Part shown: piece by piece, positions 58,401 to 64,000 of the stretch | How the letters are laid out: each line of letters starts with the position of its first letter | Numbering within the stretch: position 1 is the first letter of the stretch | Source: a virus | DNA: 64,000 nt | Reading direction: 5' to 3' (one strand) | Virus record (IMG/VR): IMGVR_UViG_3300012663_001306 | Location: 1-64,000 of that record | The notes under the pieces: model-generated | The model's input: only the letters and a program-made list of their open reading frames with translations | Databases searched by the model: none | Told to the model about the DNA's origin: nothing | Position numbers and translations under genes: made by a program

Positions 58401-61400
58401 ACTGACCGTCAACACCTCGACTTCCTGTAAATCCTGTAAATCCAGGACTACCTATAAATCCTTGGCTACCAACAAAACTTTGAGAGCCTGTAAATCCTTG
58501 ACTGCCACTAAATCCCCGACTACCAGCAAATCCAAATGATCCACTAAATCCAAATGATCCAGTGTAACTCTGTGAACCGGTGTATCCCTGACTGCCACTA
58601 AATCCTAGGCTTCCATTATAGCCTGTACTACCTTGGAAACCTTTACTACCAATATATCCTAAGCTACCAGTCCACCCTAAGCTACCAGTATATCCTACGC
58701 TACCAGAATAACCAAAGCTACCAGTGTAACTTTGTGAACCTGTATAGCCTATGCTACCAGTCCAACCTAAGCTACCGGTGTAACCAAATGATCCTGTGTA
58801 TCCTTGATCACCTCTGCTACCCCAATAACCTGTACTACCTGAAAATCCTATTAAACCTTGACTGCCAGCATAACCTAGACTACCGGCGTAACCTACAAAC
58901 TGTCCAACATCTTCAAATCCGTAATGATGTGTTGAATCTTCTAAAACGTTGTTAGTAAATACCCAAAGGTGTCCGTCACTACTATTGATATAGCCGTCGC
59001 CGAGCGCACCGCTATAACCAGGCGGCAAATATGTATAATTTGCAACACTACCTACAATCGTAACACTAGTACCTACATCGCCCTTTTCACCCTTACTACC
59101 AGTGAATCCAAATGATCCGGTATAGCTTTGAGATCCAGTAAAGCCAGCGCCTTGACTACCGGTGTATGCCATACTTCCCGTAAACCCTCGATCACCACCA
59201 AGGCCTTTGCTTCCTGTAAATCCTTGACTGCCAGTCCATCCAATAGGACCTCGACTGCCAGTAAATCCTATCGACCCAGCAAACCCTTTTCCTTGTGTTG
59301 AAGGAGCAACTTGCACATTTAGATTAAATGTGTTTGTAGCAGTTTGCGGAACACCATCAGTAATTGTAACTGTAAACGATAACGCACTAGACGTTAATAA
59401 TAATGCAGTACCAGACAATTCACCAGTTGCCGGATTAAAACTTAATCCCAATGGCAATGCAGTAGTTGATGTATTGATAGCGTATGTATACGGACTTGAC
59501 GGAGTTGTGTAACCACCGCTGGCTGCAACAGGTACAACAATCTGATATTGATTTTGTGTAAAATTAACTGGATTTGTAGGAACACTTGCTACCAATGGTG
59601 GTGGGCTAGTATTACCCACACTTAATGTAAAGGTTCCAGTGTTAACCTGAGCGGGAGTAGAAGTATCTGTTACTGTTACTGTGTAAAGTGTAGCAGATAG
59701 TGGGTCAGTCGGCGTACCACTCAACGCTCCTGAATACTGATCAAACGTTACACTTCTTGGTAGTGTAGGAGGGTTAAGAGTATATGTTAATACTCCGTAT
59801 CCGCCCGAGGCTAACACAGGAATAATTGGTGTTGCTATGTTAGCATATCTGGTCAATACTAATGTAGGATTTTGTACATTAATTACAATTGGCTTAGGTA
59901 ATACTGATAAACTAAATGATGTAGCAGATGTTTGAGGAACAACAGCACTATCACGAACCGTTACAGTGAATGTAGTGGGTGCAAGAGTTACAGTTGGTAC
60001 ACCGCTGATAACACCAGTAATTGTATCAAATCCTAAATTTGCAGGTAATGTGTTAGGTGCAATACTATAGGAAAGATCACCAGTTCCCCCGGAACCTAAT
60101 ACCGGAGTTACTGATGTGCTACTATCAACTACTAATACTATACTAGCACCTGCAGACAACACAGATCTAACGGCATCAGGAGTATTAATCTTTATACTAA
60201 ATGATGTACTTGTAGTTTGTGCTATACTGCCTGTATCTGTTATTGTAATTGTATAAACAGATGTATCAAAATTAACTATAGGGGTTCCGCTAATAGAACC
60301 AGTTGCATTGTTTAACGATAATCCAGTACCAGTCAACGCAGGTAAGATTGAATACGAATATGGACTTGCACCGCCAACAACAGTTACCGGAGTAAATGCA
60401 GTAGCTGGCTTATATTGAGTTAATGTATTAACTGCAATTACAGTTGTAGCAGTTAACGGTGGATCAGATACAGATAGTGTAAATGTCTGTGTGCTAAGTT
60501 GTCCTACGCTGTCCGATGCTGTAATTTTATATTGTTTTGGCAAACTAACAACAGTAGCAACTCCACTGATATTGCCGTTGGTTCTAGTAAATGTTAGCCC
60601 GCTTGGTAATGCAATATCTATACCAAATGTAATTGCGCCAAAGCCGCCACTTGCACTTACTGGGAATACATTAACAGTATCAACTAATCTAAGTATAGAA
60701 ACAGTAGGAACATCTAATGTAGTAGTTAACGGCGGCAATGGTGCTACGTATAAACTAAACTGACTAGATGTTGTATTATTTTGAGTATCTTTTACAGACA
60801 CTGTAAAAGTAGAAGTATTCAAAGAAACACTTGCAGTTCCGCTAATAGATCCAGTGCCTGTATTATATGTTAGTCCAGTTGGCAGATTAGGAACAACAGC
60901 ATAAGACAGTGGAATATATCCATTAGCGCCTACTACAGGAGTAAAGACATTTGTACTTACTCTTTGTGTTAGTGCTTTTAACGGAATAACAGTAGTTGCA
61001 CTAACAGGAGTTGCAGTGACTTCTAATGTGAATGTTGACGAAGTGATTTGTTTCGCCTGATCCGTTACAATAATTCTATAAGTTTGTATTAGCCCGTAAG
61101 TAGTAGGGCTACCGTTAATAATACCGTTATTAAATGTAATCCCTGCCGGCAATGTTGTCGGAGATATTGCATAACTTAATGTACCATAGCCGCCTGTTCC
61201 TTGTAGTACTGTGATAGGCGTAAACGGTGTATTTTGTCTTAGACTAATTGTACTCGTTGATTGAGTAAACCCAAGTGCAGGCGGTGCTTCAATTTCTAAG
61301 TCAAATGTTAATTGTTCAAATTGGTCTGGCTGGAATCCAAAACTACTTACGTTATCATAAACAGTTACAATAAATGTAGCGTTAGGAAAAGTAACACTAG

Positions 61401-63999
61401 GAGTTCCAGAAACTTGTCCAGTTTTAGCATCGTAAGTCAATCCGGCTGGTAACGGACTATCTAATGTAAATCTTAAAGGTGCAACGCCGCCGGCGGCAGT
61501 TACTGGTGTGAAACTAGCCGCCACATTCTGTATCAGTAACTGTGTTCCAACTATCTGTGTTAAAGAAACAGGATCCGGCGGTACAACTCCTAATCTAAAA
61601 GTACCAGTGCCCTGTTGTGGAGGTATAAACTGATCACTAACAGTAACCGTAAATGTAGCAGTTGTTAGAGTGCTAGTCGATACTCCGATTATTTGACCAG
61701 TACTTGTTGTGAATATTAAATCTTTCGGTAGCGTTGGACTGATATTATATGTTAGTGCTCCGATACCACCAGATGCCAAAATTGGTGTAAACGAAGTTGG
61801 GCGAACATATTGTCTTAATACCGTACTTGCATACAATGTACTTGTAGTAATAACAATTGGCGGAGGAGGAGGCTCTTGCTCAATAAACAATCTAAAGGTA
61901 CTAGTTGTCGCTGGCTGAGATACTGCATCAGTAACAGATACTGTAAATGTTGTAGTTGCCAAAGTTACAGTAGGAGTACCGTTGATCGCACCCGTAGCAC
62001 TATTATATGTCAACCCGTAAGGAGTAATACTTGGAGATACGCTGTAAACTAAAGGAGTAACACCGCCAGAGGCAGTAACTGGAATTACATTAGTCAATGT
62101 TCCAATTATTCTCACAGTTGACACAATTGGTCTAGATTGTACTAGACTAATAGCAGGGTATACTACCGATAAATTAAATGTTTGACTATTTGTTTGTCCA
62201 ATACTGTCAGTGATAATTACGGAATATGTTGCAGTGGCGCTTATTGCTGTTGGAGTACCAGTAATAACACCAGTCCCTGTATTATAAGTTAACCCTAACG
62301 AAGATACAGAAGGTACTATGTCATATGCTAAATTTCCATACCCTCCTGCACCAGTAACTGGTTTTGTATTTGCGGCCACCTGATAAATTAACTGAACTGA
62401 CGGTAGCGACGCAGAGATAGTTACTGCTGGAGGATTATTAATAGTTAGGTCAAATTGAGCACTTTGAGCACTAGTTGGACCTGTTTGATCAATTACACTA
62501 ACTGTGTAATTTGTTTTAGGAATAGACGCAATAGGAGTTCCGGTAATTGTTCCGGTGTTACTAAAACTTAAACCTGTTGTAGTAGTAAATGCAGTATCTA
62601 TACTAAAGATAAGTGTACCAAATCCACCAGTTGCTGTAACTGGACGGAATGCTGGATAAATTGATGTTGCTGGCACACCTCTTATTAAAGTATAGCTACT
62701 AGGTAATGCCGCTACAGCAACAATTGCACCAGCATTAATAGTTAATGTAAATGCTTTAGAACTAGTTTGTCTTGCATCGTCTGTGACAGTTACCGTATAT
62801 TGTCGAGATCCAATTATTGTTGGAGTTCCGGAAATTAATCCGTTAACAGCTGAAAACGTTAATCCAGTTTCAGCTCTTACATCAGGCGATATACTAAATG
62901 TTTTTATTCCGTATCCTGCTGATTTTATTGTAACAGGGGTAAAACTTGTTATTGCGGTATCTTTAGCAAATGAGTAACCAGTCTGTGATAAGTTAGTATC
63001 AAGCGCAGGTAACTCATTAATTGTTAATATAAAAGTAGACGAATTAGATTGTTGTACAGGATTGCTATCTCTAACTGTAATTGTATAAGTTGTTGCTGAA
63101 GAGGCAGCGTTTGGTGTTCCTGCGGTAACAAATCCAGTTGTTGAATTAAAAGATAATCCAGAGCCTAATGGAGGAAGTATACTATAAGTTAAACTACCAA
63201 CACCGCCTGATCCTACAACAGGTTGAAACGTTGTAAACGGAATAAGATTTATTAACGTCTTATTTGCATCTGCTGTTTGTGTTACAATAACCGCAGGAGG
63301 GTATACAGATAGGTCAAATACTGCCGGACCAGCAGATGACGGTGGGGTGTTACTATCTAATATGGTTAACGAATAAGTTGATGTATTAGAAATAACAGTT
63401 GGTGCACCACTAATAATACCAGTACTCGATGTAAAGATTAAACCGGCAGGTAAAACTTTATCAATGTAAAATGTCTTAACTCCAACTCCACCAGATGCTG
63501 ATACTGGAGCAAATGGTGTTACTGCACCAAATTGAGCAAGATCTCTCTTAGGAGTATCTACCTTAAATGTTAGTGGAACTGCATTAATTGTAAGATTAAA
63601 TGTTCCAGTAACAGTCTGTCCTGTTGAATCTGTAATTGTTACTGTAAACTGTGTTGTGGGCAAAGTTCCTGTTGGACCAGCGGTTGATGTTATTTGTCCA
63701 TTACTTGCATTGTAGGCTAGACCTGCAGGAATCGTAGCATTATTTGGTCCTGCAATAGTATACGTTAACGGAGCTTCGCCGCCGCCGCCAGCTGTAACAG
63801 TAACTGGGGTAACTGGCAGTCCGGTAGTTGAATTTTGTCCTAATGTAACTGATGCAGAATTAACAACTGATGTTAATGTTGCAGGTGCGTTAACAGTTAA
63901 CTGAAATGTTGCGGTTCCTGTTTGCCCCGATGCATTAGTTACTCTTACAGTATGTGTTACTGAAGATTGGGTAACTGTAGGAGTTCCGCTGATTGATCC
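49495..63999 (-). CDS. Giant fibre/adhesin (>4800 aa, 5' end outside the window): at least 16 Ig-like repeats, long G-[YF]-x-G-S-x tract, seven copies of a ~120-aa domain
   Basis: The frame stays open from the track's TTG at 63663 to the window edge (GSISGTPTVTQSS...); He_PIG-like LP.GL.F...TG.ISGTPT units. Confidence 0.85.
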   Translation of the reverse strand, partial: GSISGTPTVTQSSVTHTVRVTNASGQTGTATFQLTVNAPATLTSVVNSASVTLGQNSTTGLPVTPVTVTAGGGGEAPLTYTIAGPNNATIPAGLAYNASNGQITSTAGPTGTLPTTQFTVTITDSTGQTVTGTFNLTINAVPLTFKVDTPKRDLAQFGAVTPFAPVSASGGVGVKTFYIDKVLPAGLIFTSSTGIISGAPTVISNTSTYSLTILDSNTPPSSAGPAVFDLSVYPPAVIVTQTADANKTLINLIPFTTFQPVVGSGGVGSLTYSILPPLGSGLSFNSTTGFVTAGTPNAASSATTYTITVRDSNPVQQSNSSTFILTINELPALDTNLSQTGYSFAKDTAITSFTPVTIKSAGYGIKTFSISPDVRAETGLTFSAVNGLISGTPTIIGSRQYTVTVTDDARQTSSKAFTLTINAGAIVAVAALPSSYTLIRGVPATSIYPAFRPVTATGGFGTLIFSIDTAFTTTTGLSFSNTGTITGTPIASIPKTNYTVSVIDQTGPTSAQSAQFDLTINNPPAVTISASLPSVQLIYQVAANTKPVTGAGGYGNLAYDIVPSVSSLGLTYNTGTGVITGTPTAISATATYSVIITDSIGQTNSQTFNLSVVYPAISLVQSRPIVSTVRIIGTLTNVIPVTASGGVTPLVYSVSPSITPYGLTYNSATGAINGTPTVTLATTTFTVSVTDAVSQPATTSTFRLFIEQEPPPPPIVITTSTLYASTVLRQYVRPTSFTPILASGGIGALTYNISPTLPKDLIFTTSTGQIIGVSTSTLTTATFTVTVSDQFIPPQQGTGTFRLGVVPPDPVSLTQIVGTQLLIQNVAASFTPVTAAGGVAPLRFTLDSPLPAGLTYDAKTGQVSGTPSVTFPNATFIVTVYDNVSSFGFQPDQFEQLTFDLEIEAPPALGFTQSTSTISLRQNTPFTPITVLQGTGGYGTLSYAISPTTLPAGITFNNGIINGSPTTYGLIQTYRIIVTDQAKQITSSTFTLEVTATPVSATTVIPLKALTQRVSTNVFTPVVGANGYIPLSYAVVPNLPTGLTYNTGTGSISGTASVSLNTSTFTVSVKDTQNNTTSSQFSLYVAPLPPLTTTLDVPTVSILRLVDTVNVFPVSASGGFGAITFGIDIALPSGLTFTRTNGNISGVATVVSLPKQYKITASDSVGQLSTQTFTLSVSDPPLTATTVIAVNTLTQYKPATAFTPVTVVGGASPYSYSILPALTGTGLSLNNATGSISGTPIVNFDTSVYTITITDTGSIAQTTSTSFSIKINTPDAVRSVLSAGASIVLVVDSSTSVTPVLGSGGTGDLSYSIAPNTLPANLGFDTITGVISGVPTVTLAPTTFTVTVRDSAVVPQTSATSFSLSVLPKPIVINVQNPTLVLTRYANIATPIIPVLASGGYGVLTYTLNPPTLPRSVTFDQYSGALSGTPTDPLSATLYTVTVTDTSTPAQVNTGTFTLSVGNTSPPPLVASVPTNPVNFTQNQYQIVVPVAASGGYTTPSSPYTYAINTSTTALPLGLSFNPATGELSGTALLLTSSALSFTVTITDGVPQTATNTFNLNVQVAPSTQGKGFAGSIGFTGSRGPIGWTGSQGFTGSKGLGGDRGFTGSMAYTGSQGAGFTGSQSYTGSFGFTGSKGEKGDVGTSVTIVGSVANYTYLPPGYSGALGDGYINSSDGHLWVFTNNVLEDSTHHYGFEDVGQFVGYAGSLGYAGSQGLIGFSGSTGYWGSRGDQGYTGSFGYTGSLGWTGSIGYTGSQSYTGSFGYSGSVGYTGSLGWTGSLGYIGSKGFQGSTGYNGSLGFSGSQGYTGSQSYTGSFGFSGSFGFAGSRGFSGSQGFTGSQSFVGSQGFIGSPGFTGFTGSRGVDGQYAALGFAGSAGFAGSVGFNGSVGFTGSQSFTGSFGYAGSFGFAGSRGFTGSLGFTGSQSFTGSFGFTGSFGFAGSRGFTGSIGYTGSQSYTGSLGFTGSLGFIGSRGYTGSQSYTGSLGYVGSLGYAGSFGYTGSFGFTGSSGAFAGKGFDGSVGYAGSFGFAGSRGFSGSQGFTGSQSFTGSFGFTGSFGYTGSIGYLGSRGFTGSIGFTGSEGYAGSFGFTGSSGAFAAIGFGGSQGYTGSFGYTGSFGYNGSRGYTGSEGYVGSLGYTGSFGYTGSLGYTGSQSFTGSSGYVGSFGYTGSLGYNGSRGYTGSQSFTGSSGYAGSFGYTGSFGYTGSSGAFAAIGFGGSQGFAGSQGIPGFGYTGSQSDTGWTGSRGYLGSRGFFGSSGFVGSIGFTGSQSFTGSQGELGWTGSIGYQGSVGDVGWIGSRGFLGSRGFFGSFGYTGSQGSGFTGSQSFTGSQGELGFTGSIGFTGSIGFTGSSGFAGSRGFVGSLGWIGSQGTTGFSGSQSFTGSIGYSGSLGYTGSLGYQGSVGFTGSQSFTGSVGFAGSLGYAGSQGSGFTGSQSYTGSFGYTGSIGPAGNSGFTGSAGFVGSRGFVGSVGFTSSQGYSGSQGYSGSDGFIGSTGYTGSQAFTGSTGYTGSQGAGFTGSQSYTGSFGYSGSLGYTGSQGFIGFSGSSGAGFVGSFGYTGSRGFTGSIGWTGSRGFIGSIGFRGSEGYAGSRGELGFAGSQGPLGFSGSQGRDGAFAAMGWTGSWGYTGSLGEQGPQGIQGIAGNDGYIGSQGDLGYTGSRGVDGIIGEIGYVGSQGVDGGFGFSGSMGYTGSQGDIGYSGSQAYTGSAGFVGSRAYAGSRGFTGSFGFSGSFGYNGSRGYIGSEGYVGSFGYTGSRGYSGSEGYAGSFGYTGSDGYTGSFGYNGSRGYQGSRGYIGSEGYAGSFGYTGSDGYVGSSGYTGSFGYSGSFGYSGSFGYSGSRGYVGSFGYTGSIGYTGSFGYTGSFGYTGSFGYSGSEGYSGSEGYTGSFGYAGSSGYTGSFGYAGSFGYTGSFGYTGSQSYTGSEGYTGSHGFAGSQGPRGADGTSVTILGNVATYLLLPGYPDTYTGARGDSYITDDGRLWVWTGSLWVDAGNIQGPQGNIGYFGSFGYTGSQSYTGSEGYTGSIGFTGSDGYTGSFGYTGSQGYSGSDGFIGSQGYAGSRGFTGSQGYAGSRGFTGSQSYTGSEGYVGSLGYTGSQGYSGSEGYVGSEGFVGSEGYTGSIGYTGSQSYAGSVGYTGSFGYTGSQSYTGSFGYTGSKGETPQAVIYNAATANLVDGVFVSGSVEDIQGFNDGNQFVFTDGNTTINPGTAPSGPAWIFNVTYTGVIRFNLVDLNVQYTTASGHVIYVQLYNYTTSSWDSIGSYNGLTGYYQFQLSVISSTPYIDAGTVQLRLYHENVGFAGYQTNIDYIAIVDSIKGGQGPRGITGWTGSRGYAGSEGYAGSFGYTGSQGEIGPEGLQGPQGDAGELGPQGPPGDLGYSGSEGYVGSEGYVGSEGYTGSQGVGYTGSQSYTGSEGYTGSQAYTGSQGSGFTGSQSYTGSRGALGFTGSQAYTGSRGAGFTGSTSFVGSQGDRGGLRYYFDNTLTAGVGSPGSIRFNNAVTSSVTQIYVNVVDTNSINFSNYIATWSGSNSPNKGTLLIKSNVNNVSATSAFTIVGAANLGTYYTLTVTYLSGAAPANNAQLVIEAKRTGDLGGLGFVGSRGAGFNGSFGYAGSFGYTGSHGYPSGLRYYLDATTTPGVTANGGLRYSDTDVVSVGALYFSNFDINGVDVGSYLAQWAASTSPGTKGQVIIKHYLMAQPVMTIFNVTGVVVASGYTQISVSFVSGYIPLADDKLAVEFVRTGDQGYAGSAGYSGSFGYSGSFGYTGSFGYSGSFGYTGSIGDRGGLRYYNDLSSQVAGVGTNGSLRFNNVVIGSVTQVFININDTNGVSFSTYIGQWGTNNPTATIKGQLIVKATSPSVSASSLWNITGVTNNSTYYTLSATYVSGSFSTANEPLAVEFVYTGEKGFVGSFGYTGSFGYTGSFGYTGSRGFTGSEGYAGSFGYTGSFGYTGSFGYSGSFGYTGSFGYTGSFGYTGSFGYTGSRGFTGSEGYAGSFGYTGSFGYTGSFGYNGSRGYIGSEGYAGSFGYTGSQGERLGLAFYYDDSSQSPGVTTDGSLRFNPAFTQIYINVKDIGGNDLSGYIARWADSKNPGTKGQLYIKNIIPTITYLSIWGISTIVNNGTYYTLNVSSFSGTLAGVLGGDVFALEYVPVGDFGYVGSRGFVGSFGFTGSQSFTGSQGESAGLRYYFDNTLTAGVGNAGSIRLNNAVAASATQAFINVTDVNSVNLATYISQWADSSNPTVKGQLIFNQNLAGSSPFLIYNVSSVVNNTSYYTINIANGSGTIPGNNDQLALNYVRAGDLGYGGSRGFVGSFGYTGSFGYTGSNSQSGLIYTWDTSALIAQVSGNPNGTLRLNNATPMSATTVFINRYDTNGADLQAWFNSFTTIVNPIKAQLVVRSNVATNSPNLYLADVTAVAASGTNSFALTITPQFYFGIANTELLGVFLVRSGERGYTGSSGFTGSFGFTGSFGYNGSQGDKGGIKYYFDNTATTPQTTGNGNVRFNNVTTIASVTGVYFNILDINSVNLGGYISTWADSTTPIKGQLIIRNNLNNVANVTIFNVTALTIGSNNYQFTVTYLSGAMFTNNDMLAITFIRTGDRGFVGSFGYSGSFGFTGSFGYAGSRGESSFVYDDNPPTSFVGSAGSVTTRIGDRWFDTTVGLEFIYTYDGDTFQWVEVAAGGGYIGAIGYTGSASAAVSLGFTGSSGAAVAVGFTGSIGRNSTDFMSIALTDEVSFIATGAAIVTFRVPFQMNLYQIPRASLSVQGSSPTIVDVKSNGASILGGNKLQVDTGSRTSRTSAVPTSLITTVLNDDDEITLDITAGGTIAKGLKVTIYYQRI
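53590..59300 (-). repeat. Degenerate 18-bp coding tandem repeat (GGN TAY/TTY NNN GGN AGT/TCN NNN)
   Basis: Hundreds of G[YF]xGSx hexapeptides, interrupted by a few globular inserts. Confidence 0.9.
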
Positions 64000-64000
64000 A

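Noticed and set aside
50500-59300. 18-bp periodic repeats as a possible CRISPR array or DGR template/variable repeats
   Set aside because: Repeats are degenerate at third codon positions, lack unique spacers and lie in one open frame; no cas or reverse transcriptase gene in the window
53590-59300. Ice-nucleation protein similarity (GYGS-like)
   Set aside because: Period is 6 aa with Gly every third residue, not the 16-aa AGYGSTxTA unit
440-62977. Numerous plus-strand and alternative-frame ORFs in the track (e.g. 8981-9490, 13123-13659, 55167-55817)
   Set aside because: Antisense or frame shadows of well-supported minus-strand genes, especially of Gly-rich repeats; no SD or recognisable motifs
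1-64000. Alternative genetic code, introns or inteins
   Set aside because: Conserved genes (nrdA, nrdB, clpX, nadV) are full length and uninterrupted under code 11; TAG and TGA both appear as ordinary stops

Overview
64 kb segment of a large T4-like (jumbo-type) tailed phage genome, roughly 40% GC by eye, standard genetic code. Almost all genes are on the minus strand; the exception is one small plus-strand island at about 27.1-27.9 kb. From left to right: (i) a promoter-driven structured non-coding RNA at the left edge; (ii) an NAD+ salvage cassette (NAMPT/NadV, macrodomain, NMNAT-Nudix/NatV); (iii) a PlcP-like phosphoesterase plus GT4 pair with an unannotated nested small gene; (iv) glycosyltransferase-like genes, a DEDDh exonuclease, ribosomal protein bS21 and ClpX; (v) glutaredoxin/nrdB/class II aldolase/nrdA; (vi) virion and putative internal-head proteins with T4-like capsid-targeting N-termini, including a deaminase fusion and an HExxH protein; (vii) a four-domain glycosyltransferase, a nuclease and a tandem 2OG-Fe(II) oxygenase; (viii) a large fibre/adhesin region ending in a >4800-aa Ig-repeat/Gly-hexapeptide protein truncated by the window edge. 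The most striking unexplained signal is a two-hairpin 5' leader shared by both NAD salvage genes: an identical 13-mer GAGATAGACTCCG 27-28 nt before the start codon, then a sequence-divergent but structure-conserved hairpin that buries the Shine-Dalgarno sequence and AUG. It is a candidate phage NAD-responsive riboswitch or translational operator. All family assignments come from motif recognition only; no searches were run.
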